A stretch of 64,000 nt of DNA from Oligoflexales bacterium (lineage in GTDB: Bacteria; Bdellovibrionota_B; Oligoflexia; Oligoflexales; Bog-1112). The stretch's first letter is position 1. Each line of letters opens with the position of its first letter. Shown piece by piece: positions 50,448-59,325 of this stretch. The stretch is from NCBI GenBank assembly GCA_045106415.1, contig JBGCEP010000014.1, forward strand, positions 1-64,000, written 5' to 3'. The translations under genes and the position numbers were made by a program. The notes under the pieces are model-generated. The model saw only the letters and a list, made by a program, of their open reading frames with translations. It had not been told where the DNA came from and ran no database searches.

Positions 50448-52940
50448 ATGGGACACCGAAAAAAGTCAGAGCGTAGTTTACCAGCGCCTTTAGTATCAAA
50501 AGATGTGTTTCGCGGTTGCTCGTTGAGTAACTTTTCTTTCAGATCGACCCGGAGTGTTCGCTCGAAAGATGAGATTATTGCTCAAGAGCAAGCGTTAGCA
50601 GCTTTAGAGTTTGGTCTTGGTGTGAAACAACCTGGGTATCATATTTATGTATCCGGGCCACCAGGAACAGGGCAAATGGGTGTGATTCGTTCTTTTCTTG
50701 AAAAGTTTGTGACTCATACGCAAGCTCCTCAAGACTGGGTTTATGTTTATAATTTTGAGAAAAAATATGAGCCTCAAATTATAGGGTTTCCCACAGGAGA
50801 AGGCGCTGTTTTTGCCAACATGATGGAAGAGTCTATTCGTGAGATGAAAGACCACCTCCATCATGCTTTTTCGAGTAGTGATTATGAAAACGCTGTGAAT
50901 CAACACTTCTCTGAAATGAGTGATGAGGAATCAAAGCAGTTTTCAACTCTGGAAAAAGTAGCTAGAGAGCATGGTTTTCAGATTCGTACTTCAAAAACAG
51001 GGATGGAGTCCGTACCTGTTGTTGGTGGGCGTGCGTTGTCAGAAAAAGAATACTCTCGTCTTGGAGATGAAGATCGCCGTAAAATTGAACAGAATCGAAC
51101 AGACCTTGATGTCGAAATGCTGCAGTTCGCGAGATCTGTCCGGCATATGGAAGAAGATAGTCGTCGTTTTGTTTCTGATCTACAAATAGAAATAGCAAGT
51201 CAAATTGTTGATATATGTTTAGAATCTATTTTCACTCAATACTCTAAAACACCTCAAATACCAGGGTATTTAGAAGATATTAAAACAGATATCTTAAAAA
51301 ACATTGATTTGTTTATGGAAGATAGCGCAGAGCAGTCTGCTCAGCAGCACACACATGATATGCATCAAGATCGAGATGCTAAGTTGCATATGCGGCGTTA
51401 TGCTGTGAACTTGTTTGTGGATCATCGTAAAACACAAACAGCACCTGTTGTCGTTGAGAGTAACCCCACTTATTATAACTTGTTTGGGAAAATTGAGAAG
51501 CAAGTTGATAGTGGTTTGTATTCAACTGATTTTACAATGATACAAGCAGGAGCTATTCATCGTGCAAACGGTGGTTATTTGTTGGTCAACGCAGAAGATA
51601 TTCTGCGTCTTCCTTCTGCTTGGGAAACTTTGAAAAGGCTTCTTCGCCATCAGCAAGGGTTTATTGAAGACCTCGGTGAACAAGTAGCATTACTGCCAAC
51701 ATCGGGTTTAAAACCTCAACCTCTGGATCTTGATGTTAAAGTCATCATGATTGGTAACGAAGACTTATACCATTTGTTGTTTGAGATGGATGAAGACTTT
51801 TCTCGCGTTTTTCGTGTGAAATCAGAGTTTCGAGAAAAAATGCCCTGGAACTCAAAAGGCTTGAGAGCTTATACAGAATTTGTGAGTACACGATGCGAAC
51901 GAGAAGGATTGCGTGCATTTCATAAAAGTGCAATGGCCTCTCTGGTGGAGTATGGGTCGCGGCTTGCGGAAGATAGAGAGTATCTTTCAACCCGCTTTAG
52001 CCAACTTAAATCTGTGTGTATTGAAGCTGACTATATCGCAGGGCAAAGGTCAGCAAAACAAGTACTGCGAGAAGATGTTGAACAAGCCCTTGATCAACAA
52101 GTTCAAAGAGTCAATCGAGTTGAGCTTGAGACCTTGGAAATGATGAAACAAAATCAACTGATGTTTTCTTTTCGAGGTAAAAAAGTTGGTCAAGTCCATG
52201 GCCTGATGGTTTGTGATTACGGTGACCACCAGTTCGGTCGACCAGGCCGTATTACATGCAGCGCGTATGTGAATGATGAAGGCATCATTAACGTTGAAAG
52301 AGCAAGCCGTATGTCTGGGCGTATACATGATAAAGGAATGTATATTCTGACCGGTTTTTTAAATTCTTATCTTGCTCGAGATCGAGCCATGGGGTTGTCT
52401 GCCTCCATTGTTTTTGAGCAGTCTTACGGTGGTGTTGATGGAGATAGTGCAACGACTGCTGAATTAACAGCGATAGTGAGTGCTATGTCTGGCGTTGCTA
52501 TTGATCAGTCTTTTGCTATGACGGGAAGTCTGAATCAATTAGGTGAAGTTCAACCTGTTGGTGGGATTAATGAAAAACTCGAGGGTTTTTATAGTGCCTG
52601 GGAAACTTTGGAAGGCCGCAGAAAAGGTGCTGTGTGTCGTGTCGTGATTCCTGAAAGTAATGTGAGGCATCTCGTTTTATACGGTGCTGCAAAAGAAGCC
52701 ATTGAATCCGGTCGTATGGAAGTTTATCCAGCTCAGTATTTTTGGCAAGTATTTGAGTTGGCAACAGGGGTTCCTTTCGGTGCTCAAGAAATGCATGTTC
52801 TTGAGTTTGAAGAAGGGTCTGCGTTGTCATCGATTGCGCAAAGACTCGACGGGCTTGAAGAAAGAGAAGATCATAAAATGATGCCTCCGCAAGTCTCAGA
52901 AAGGCATATGCCAGAGATGAGTGCTCGAACAAAGTCTTAA
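50448..52940 (+). CDS. Lon-like S16 protease (LonC type) with degenerate AAA module
   Basis: AGAIHRANGGYL, FEQSYGGVDGDSA (Ser), GGINEKLEGF (Lys); Walker A reads GPPGTGQM. Confidence 0.88.
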   Translation: MGHRKKSERSLPAPLVSKDVFRGCSLSNFSFRSTRSVRSKDEIIAQEQALAALEFGLGVKQPGYHIYVSGPPGTGQMGVIRSFLEKFVTHTQAPQDWVYVYNFEKKYEPQIIGFPTGEGAVFANMMEESIREMKDHLHHAFSSSDYENAVNQHFSEMSDEESKQFSTLEKVAREHGFQIRTSKTGMESVPVVGGRALSEKEYSRLGDEDRRKIEQNRTDLDVEMLQFARSVRHMEEDSRRFVSDLQIEIASQIVDICLESIFTQYSKTPQIPGYLEDIKTDILKNIDLFMEDSAEQSAQQHTHDMHQDRDAKLHMRRYAVNLFVDHRKTQTAPVVVESNPTYYNLFGKIEKQVDSGLYSTDFTMIQAGAIHRANGGYLLVNAEDILRLPSAWETLKRLLRHQQGFIEDLGEQVALLPTSGLKPQPLDLDVKVIMIGNEDLYHLLFEMDEDFSRVFRVKSEFREKMPWNSKGLRAYTEFVSTRCEREGLRAFHKSAMASLVEYGSRLAEDREYLSTRFSQLKSVCIEADYIAGQRSAKQVLREDVEQALDQQVQRVNRVELETLEMMKQNQLMFSFRGKKVGQVHGLMVCDYGDHQFGRPGRITCSAYVNDEGIINVERASRMSGRIHDKGMYILTGFLNSYLARDRAMGLSASIVFEQSYGGVDGDSATTAELTAIVSAMSGVAIDQSFAMTGSLNQLGEVQPVGGINEKLEGFYSAWETLEGRRKGAVCRVVIPESNVRHLVLYGAAKEAIESGRMEVYPAQYFWQVFELATGVPFGAQEMHVLEFEEGSALSSIAQRLDGLEEREDHKMMPPQVSERHMPEMSARTKS

Positions 52941-53137
52941 GGCGTATCGAGATCGGTTTCTTGGAGAAGGTCGATAAGGACATGGTGGTCTGATGGGCAA
53001 GGGAATACTTGCTCAGCCACGATGTCCTTTTTAGCTTGGTCCCAAGGGTTCTCACTTAGATGTATCTCTTTAAAGAGGATCCAAGTGTTTTGCAAACAAA
53101 GCGCGGATAAAAGAATTAAAAATAAGTTGATCATCAT
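52937..53137 (-). CDS. Small hypothetical protein with N-terminal hydrophobic segment
   Basis: AGGAGG RBS overlapping the mutS2 stop. Confidence 0.55.
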   Translation of the reverse strand: MMINLFLILLSALCLQNTWILFKEIHLSENPWDQAKKDIVAEQVFPCPSDHHVLIDLLQETDLDTP

Positions 53138-53143
53138 TTCCTC

Positions 53144-55183
53144 CTAGCGTGACCAGGTTAGATCTTGAAGCGCGACACGGAGTTTTCCTTTTTTTGTTTC
53201 GACAGAAACAAATTTCCGAGCTCCTTGAGGGAGGCTGCGAATGACACCAACCTGCTTTAAACTCACTATCAAAACTTTTACGCCGATTTCAATGCTTTCA
53301 GCTGGGATTAATTCATGCTGAGAGGCTTGCAAAGGTGCTGTTTCATCAGTTTGTTGTTTGACATGCTCCATTTTTTCTTGCAAATCTTTTTTTGTTTCAA
53401 GTTGAGGGTTTTTTTCAAAAGCCCTTAATGTTAGGCGAAATTCACGAGACAGTTGTTGATAGTTTTTCCGGATTTGTTCATGAAGATTTTGACGGTTTTG
53501 TTGATGGAGAAGAATTTCTTGTTGCCACCTTTCTTTTTCCATTAAAACGGCTTGTCGTTCCTTGAGAAGATCTTTTTTAAGATTTTCTGTTGCAAGGTAA
53601 GCCTGCTGGAGCTGTTGGGTGATGTCTTCTAGTTGGTTACGCTGATCCCCCCTTAAAGAACGTGCTCGTTGCTGAATAGAAACTGGAATTTTACAAGATG
53701 TTGCAATGTCAAAACCAAAACTTTGTCCAGGGATATCAAGTTGAAGTCGGTAGAGAGGGCGAATGTTTTCGTTGTCGTAAGCCATTGAAGCGTTGCGAAA
53801 AGAAGCGTCTTCGATTGCCAGAGTTTTCATGCTTTCATAGTGGGTCGTGACTAAAAAAGTGCATTTCTTGGTAACAAGGTGCTCTAAAATAGCTTGTGCT
53901 AGAGCTGCGCCGGTTTCTGGCTCTGTTCCAACACCAAGCTCATCTAAAAGTACGAGTGTACGATGATCAAGATTTTCGATGATATCAGCAATGTGTGTCA
54001 TGTGAGCAGAAAAAGTGGAAAGATGACTTGTTAGACTTTGGTGGTCGCCGATTTCAATTTGAATGTTATCGAATAATCTCATTTTTGAATGCGAAGCCGC
54101 AGGAATTAGTAAACCGACTCGTGTCATTTGATAAATCAGTCCAACGGTTTTAAGAATTACGGTTTTTCCACCGGCGTTTGGTCCTGAAATCACAAGCCCA
54201 TGGTGTTCTCCCATAATAATGTCATTAGCAACAACGGGATGATCTGTGGAACTTTGTAGCAAAGGGTGCCTTGCCTCGTAGAGTTCGATTGTTGCTGTCG
54301 GATCAAGTGTGATGATGTTTGCTTTTTGCTCAGCTGCGAAAATAGCTCGTGCTTGCAGAGTATCTAGTGTTGTGAGTGTTTGAGAATTTTTATTGATTTC
54401 ACAGGAGGATTCTCCAACCTCACAACTGAGCTCTTTTAAGAGCCTCATCGCTTCGATTTGTTCTTCGACCTCAGTTGCATGAAGAGTGTGATTTAATTCT
54501 TCAATGTCACTTGGGTGAATAAATAGAGTTTCCAGGCTTGCTGATGTGTCTATCACGCGACCAGGGACGCGACCGTGACCGTCAAGTCTTATAGGGAGAA
54601 CATATTTCCCTGAGCGTATTGTAAAAAAATGATCTTGAAGATAGGTCTTAGTTGGTTTGTGGCGCATGAGGTATTCAAGGCGGTTTTCAATACGTTTTCT
54701 AAGGTTCCGAATTTGAGACCGCAGTTGTGTGAGTTTTGCGGAAGCATTGTCACTGAGTTGACCATTAGGAAGGACCCAGGATTCAATTTTGGCTCGTAAA
54801 CTCTCGAGTGGAAACAGCTGATTTCTAAAATCTTCGAGAGATTCTTTACCGCGCCCGTAGATTTTAAGAAACTGGTGGCATTGACTTGTGATGTCGAGGA
54901 TATGTTGGATGTGGCGTAAATCTTCCCCCTCAAGAACACGCCCGACTTTTGCTGCATGTGTGATGGGCTGTATCGTGTGAAACTCATCGAGAGGGAGGTG
55001 CTTTTTTTCAGCGGAAAGCTGTTTGAAAAAAACAGTGATATCCCATAGCTCCTCAATCTCTGTTTGCTTGAGAGGAGTTTCTAAGTCTTCTGAGAGTTTG
55101 GAGCGTCCTGCTGCAGTTGTGCAGTGAGAAATGATATTTGAGACAAGATCAAGCCAGTCAAGTTGTGTTTTTTCGCGTTCCAT
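53144..55183 (-). CDS. mutS2: MutS2-family ATPase ending at the KOW domain (no Smr)
   Basis: ISGPNAGGKT, LSTFSAH, LLDELGVGTEP, TTHY, coiled coil, KOW-like C-terminus. Confidence 0.88.
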   Translation of the reverse strand: MEREKTQLDWLDLVSNIISHCTTAAGRSKLSEDLETPLKQTEIEELWDITVFFKQLSAEKKHLPLDEFHTIQPITHAAKVGRVLEGEDLRHIQHILDITSQCHQFLKIYGRGKESLEDFRNQLFPLESLRAKIESWVLPNGQLSDNASAKLTQLRSQIRNLRKRIENRLEYLMRHKPTKTYLQDHFFTIRSGKYVLPIRLDGHGRVPGRVIDTSASLETLFIHPSDIEELNHTLHATEVEEQIEAMRLLKELSCEVGESSCEINKNSQTLTTLDTLQARAIFAAEQKANIITLDPTATIELYEARHPLLQSSTDHPVVANDIIMGEHHGLVISGPNAGGKTVILKTVGLIYQMTRVGLLIPAASHSKMRLFDNIQIEIGDHQSLTSHLSTFSAHMTHIADIIENLDHRTLVLLDELGVGTEPETGAALAQAILEHLVTKKCTFLVTTHYESMKTLAIEDASFRNASMAYDNENIRPLYRLQLDIPGQSFGFDIATSCKIPVSIQQRARSLRGDQRNQLEDITQQLQQAYLATENLKKDLLKERQAVLMEKERWQQEILLHQQNRQNLHEQIRKNYQQLSREFRLTLRAFEKNPQLETKKDLQEKMEHVKQQTDETAPLQASQHELIPAESIEIGVKVLIVSLKQVGVIRSLPQGARKFVSVETKKGKLRVALQDLTWSR

Positions 55184-55343
55184 TAAAAGTCTCTCCAGAG
55201 TGATAAATCCATCCTCGAGCCACATCTTTGCCATACTTACGGTCGAGGCGCAAGAAACATAGAGTGTTTGGTAGCTGTGACTAGCAACATGTTGTGAAGT
55301 GATGCACAATGCGAGCGAGAGAAATCTATGAAATGAGGGTGTT

Positions 55344-56165
55344 ATGTGGATGTGGAGACCTGTTGGTGTGATTGAAGTCAGTATGTTTTTGACAGGGCTG
55401 CTTTTAGGGAGTTTTTTTAATGTTTGTATTTACCGAGTGCCTCGAGAAGAATTTTTTGCTTCTGCGCGTTCGAGATGCCCGCGCTGTTTTGAAATGATAC
55501 CTTTCTGGTGGAATATTCCTGTCTTGAGTTACCTTGTCCTTAAAGGGAAGTCCAACTGCTGTCAGAAGCCTATTTCTATACGCTACCCCTTAGTCGAGAT
55601 TCTAACGGCATGTTTATTTGTTGTGGCTTATCGCTCCTTTCCTTTTTTATATACACTCAGTGAGCCATGGGTGTTTCAACCCTTACAGTGTCTACGGTGG
55701 GCTCATGCGTTGTTTTTGATGTGTTTTTTATTTGTGTGTTCGGTCATTGATTTGGAGCATATGATTATTCCTGATGTGTTTTCGCTGCCCATGCTGGCAA
55801 TGACACCTTTAGCAGTCTGGTTACACCCGGAGTTAAGTTGGCATAGCTCTCTTGCTGGAATTATTGCTGGCTGGGCGATGGTTACTATTCCTTCTTGGCT
55901 CTACCTTATTCTTCGCAAGCAAGAAGGAATGGGTATGGGAGACGCTAAGCTTCTTGCTGTGATTGGTGGGTGGTTAGGTGTGGAATCTGTTTTTCCGACA
56001 ATGTTCTTTGGGTCGATCTTAGGCTCGTTTGTTGGAGTATCTTGGATGATTGTTACTCGTAAGATGGATATGAAGCTAGCCATTCCGTTTGGCCCCTTTC
56101 TATCATTAGGGGCGGTTACACACCTCTTAGGAGGGGCTGCTCTGTCTAGGTGGATCTGGCCGTAA
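55344..56165 (+). CDS. pilD: Type IV prepilin peptidase/N-methyltransferase
   Basis: GSFFNVCIYR, RSRCPRC, ISIRYP, IDLEH..IPD, GMGMGDAKL, IPFGPFL. Confidence 0.94.
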   Translation: MWMWRPVGVIEVSMFLTGLLLGSFFNVCIYRVPREEFFASARSRCPRCFEMIPFWWNIPVLSYLVLKGKSNCCQKPISIRYPLVEILTACLFVVAYRSFPFLYTLSEPWVFQPLQCLRWAHALFLMCFLFVCSVIDLEHMIIPDVFSLPMLAMTPLAVWLHPELSWHSSLAGIIAGWAMVTIPSWLYLILRKQEGMGMGDAKLLAVIGGWLGVESVFPTMFFGSILGSFVGVSWMIVTRKMDMKLAIPFGPFLSLGAVTHLLGGAALSRWIWP

Positions 56166-56230
56166 CTTATGAGAGAATAGAAGTCTTCATCAGTGAGTGT
56201 GAAATTTGACCGCGTCATCGTGAGGCTTGA

Positions 56231-57169
56231 ATGAAAGAATGGAATGATAGACTCTGGCAGGTGAGCTCGCTGCAGGATTTAGAGGCGTCTTGCAGGGACA
56301 TTTCTTGGGGGGGAGGCAAATGGGAAATTGATTTTTTTCGTTTCCAATGGAAAGGGCAAGAAGTTTTTATCACACCCGCCTTTGAACGCTCTTATGACAG
56401 AGTTTTTGATTCGAATATTTATCAATTTTTGAGAAATAACTTAAAAGATTATGCAGGCAGAAAGGTTCAAAACCGCAGTTGTGGCCATTTAGTTTTTGGG
56501 GGATTTGAATGTGTTTGGGCGCAGCAATTTGGGGCGGTCTGGCGTGTTGATGAAGTACCTGAGAATGTTAAGCAACAGTTGCAGCGAGAGCTTCACTGGG
56601 GGCATCGTTTGATTGAAGCTGAAGCGTTGATTTATCAGGATGATTTGACAGGCTTATATAATTATAGGTGCCTCGAAAGTATGCTTGAAACCGAGATGAG
56701 AAGAGCAGCCCGATTTGAAACGAATTTCAGTCTTATTTTTCTAGATGTTGATAATTTTAAAGAGATTAATGATGCTCACGGTCATTTGGTGGGTAGTGCT
56801 GTCTTGAAGGGTGTTGCAAATGCTTTGAACGGTGCGGTGCGGGAAGTAGATAGCGTTTTCCGCTACGGTGGGGACGAGTATGTGGTTCTTGCGTTGGGTG
56901 CTGATGGTGCTTTGGGTGTGAGAATTGCAGAAAGAGTTAGAGAAGCTGTTGCTTCGGCTTCCTTCTGTGTTGGAGATCAAGTCATTCGAGTCACCCTTTC
57001 TATTGGTATTGCTTCGTATCCTGAACACGGAAGAGAGAGTCGTGTTTTATTAGATCATGCGGATCGTGCCATGTATGGGAGCAAGCACTCAGGTAAAAAT
57101 TGCGTTACAAGGTTTATGGAGGAGAAGCATGGAACAAGAGAAAAAAGCAGCAAAGAACTCTTGGGTTGA
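56231..57169 (+). CDS. Diguanylate cyclase
   Basis: DDLTGLYN, DVDNFKEIND, I-site REVD, RYGGDEY. Confidence 0.9.
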   Translation: MKEWNDRLWQVSSLQDLEASCRDISWGGGKWEIDFFRFQWKGQEVFITPAFERSYDRVFDSNIYQFLRNNLKDYAGRKVQNRSCGHLVFGGFECVWAQQFGAVWRVDEVPENVKQQLQRELHWGHRLIEAEALIYQDDLTGLYNYRCLESMLETEMRRAARFETNFSLIFLDVDNFKEINDAHGHLVGSAVLKGVANALNGAVREVDSVFRYGGDEYVVLALGADGALGVRIAERVREAVASASFCVGDQVIRVTLSIGIASYPEHGRESRVLLDHADRAMYGSKHSGKNCVTRFMEEKHGTREKSSKELLG

Positions 57170-57644
57170 AATGACAGAAATGGTCTTGCCTCAGCATACA
57201 AATGCACTGGGGACTGTTTTTGGTGGAGTCGTTCTGTCTTGGGTGGATATTGCAGCGGCGATTTGCGCTCAAAGACATGCGGGAAAAGCTGTTGTGACGG
57301 CATCTATGGATGCGATGCACTTTCTATCCCCGGTCCGATTAGGATGGATTGTGAGTATTCGAGCATCCGTAAATTATACTTCAAAAACCAGCTGTGAAGT
57401 CGGAGTTAAGGTTGTTTCAGAAGATCCTATCTCTAGAGAGAAGCATCATACAGCATCTGCTTACCTTACAATGGTTGCTCTTGATGGGCATAGTCGTCCA
57501 ACCCCTATGTCAGGTCTTCTTTTGGAGACAGATGCAGAGCGGCGCAGGTATGAAGAAGCTGAAGCTCGTCGAGCGAGTCGTTTGGAGTTGAAGCAAACTC
57601 TTGAAATGCGCCGATTAAAAAAGTTTGATTCTTCTGAAAAGTGA
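57129..57644 (+). CDS. Acyl-CoA thioesterase (hotdog fold, YciA-like)
   Basis: VLPQHTNALGTVFGG, DIAAA, VVTAS. Confidence 0.9.
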   Translation: MEQEKKAAKNSWVEMTEMVLPQHTNALGTVFGGVVLSWVDIAAAICAQRHAGKAVVTASMDAMHFLSPVRLGWIVSIRASVNYTSKTSCEVGVKVVSEDPISREKHHTASAYLTMVALDGHSRPTPMSGLLLETDAERRRYEEAEARRASRLELKQTLEMRRLKKFDSSEK

Positions 57645-57675
57645 TGCTTTGACTAAGTATTTAATAACTATTCAC

Positions 57676-57702
57676 TGAATATTCTTTATTTTTAGCCGAT
57701 AA
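57676..57702 (+). promoter_or_regulatory. Putative sigma28-type promoter
   Basis: TGAA-N15-GCCGATAA; -10 element matches consensus exactly. Confidence 0.7.
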
Positions 57703-57748
57703 GTTTGCCAAAGACCTGGTGATGGTTGCTAGGTCTGCGGAGTCTCTC

Positions 57749-59311
57749 ATGCGTAGAATTATTTCCAGTGAAATTAAGGTTTTACTTGTGTCTAGGTGCG
57801 ATCACTTGATTCAACGGGTAATAGAAGCATCTTCAGATGTTCCTTTAAGTGTTGAGGTGAGTGTGTGCCCCCTATCTGCGAGACAGTGTGTTGAGGGCCA
57901 GGAAAAATCTTTTGATGTTTTGATTTATGACATGGCTTCTTTTGCTCATCGAAATTTAGAAGATTTCTCAAACTTTGTGCGAAGTGTAAATTTACCTGTT
58001 GTGGCAGTGAGTGATGAGCATAGCGATGATATTGGAATTCAAGCAATTTTAGCTGGAGCTCAAGATTTTATTCGACCGAAAGAACTAGACTCTACAAATA
58101 TTGCGTTGAAGGCTCACTTTACTGTTGCTCGTTATAAAATGCAGCGAGAAGTTGTGGCATCTAAAAATGAAGTTGAATATCAATTACGAACAAAATCAAA
58201 ATTTTTAGCGCACTTAAGTCATGAGATTAGAGGAACATTGTCGGCGATTGTTGGGGTTTCAGGCCTTTTAAATGAAAGTGATATTAAATCAACTTATGCT
58301 GAAGAGTTGGATGTTTTATCCTATGGTAGTCAGAAGCTTCTTTCGACAGTAAATGATATTTTAGATGTGTCGAAATTTGAAAATGGTATCAATCCTATTG
58401 CTCCAGGTCATGTGTTGTTATCGAGCATTTTTGATAGTGTAATGAAAGTTTTTAGCTTTGAAGCACGAAAAAGATGTTTAATTTTATCATCTTCTATTGC
58501 AGAAGGTGTTCAAGAGAACTTAGTGACAGATGGCAAAAGGCTGCAGCAAATATTATTTAATCTTGTTAATAATGCTGTGAAATACACAGAAAGTGGCAAT
58601 ATACATATTCAAGCAGAGTCGTGTTCTGAAAATTCACAACATATTCGTTTTTCAGTTCGAGATACAGGTCGAGGATTGTCTGAAGATTTTATTCCTGTGA
58701 TGTTTAATGATTATAGCCAAGAGCAAGAAAGAGATAACCGTATCGGGACTGGTTTGGGTTTAGGAATTTGTCGAGATTTCTCAGCTCTTCTAGGTGGTGA
58801 AATAGGTGCTTTTAATAATACTTCAGAAAAAGGGTGTACGTTTTGGTTTACTATCAAACACCATTTGAAAGATTCAGCAGAGGAAGTGTCTCAGCCTTCT
58901 TTTTCTCATGTTTTGTGCGAGAAAACAAAGCAAAAGCATAAGCCGCAGGTTGTTGTGGTGGATGACGATTTTTTATGTCAAAGAGTCCTTTCTATGCAAT
59001 TGAAGTCTCTTGGGTGTGAAGTAGCAACTTTTTCTTCTGGGACAGAAGTTCTTTCAGCATTAAATGATCAAGAGCTTTTTTTTGAAGCTATTTTTGTTGA
59101 TTGTACATTAGGTGATATGACAGGCGTTGAACTCACGAAAGAGTTAAGGTTTCGTGAGCTAGATTGTCCAATTGTAGGAGTTTCAGGTGATGTGTCTGAA
59201 GAAAATCAAATGGATTGTTTAGGGAGAGGGATGAGTGCTTTTCTTCCTAAGCCTCTTGAAAAAAAGGAAGTGTCTTCTGTGCTTCAATCTCTTTTGTATG
59301 AAAATAAATAA
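57749..59311 (+). CDS. Cytoplasmic hybrid histidine kinase (REC-HisKA-HATPase-REC)
   Basis: LSHEIRG, NLVNNAVKY, DTGRG, GTGLGL, C-terminal REC VVDDD..FVD..KP. Confidence 0.9.
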   Translation: MRRIISSEIKVLLVSRCDHLIQRVIEASSDVPLSVEVSVCPLSARQCVEGQEKSFDVLIYDMASFAHRNLEDFSNFVRSVNLPVVAVSDEHSDDIGIQAILAGAQDFIRPKELDSTNIALKAHFTVARYKMQREVVASKNEVEYQLRTKSKFLAHLSHEIRGTLSAIVGVSGLLNESDIKSTYAEELDVLSYGSQKLLSTVNDILDVSKFENGINPIAPGHVLLSSIFDSVMKVFSFEARKRCLILSSSIAEGVQENLVTDGKRLQQILFNLVNNAVKYTESGNIHIQAESCSENSQHIRFSVRDTGRGLSEDFIPVMFNDYSQEQERDNRIGTGLGLGICRDFSALLGGEIGAFNNTSEKGCTFWFTIKHHLKDSAEEVSQPSFSHVLCEKTKQKHKPQVVVVDDDFLCQRVLSMQLKSLGCEVATFSSGTEVLSALNDQELFFEAIFVDCTLGDMTGVELTKELRFRELDCPIVGVSGDVSEENQMDCLGRGMSAFLPKPLEKKEVSSVLQSLLYENK

Positions 59312-59325
59312 GATTTAGATAAAAT

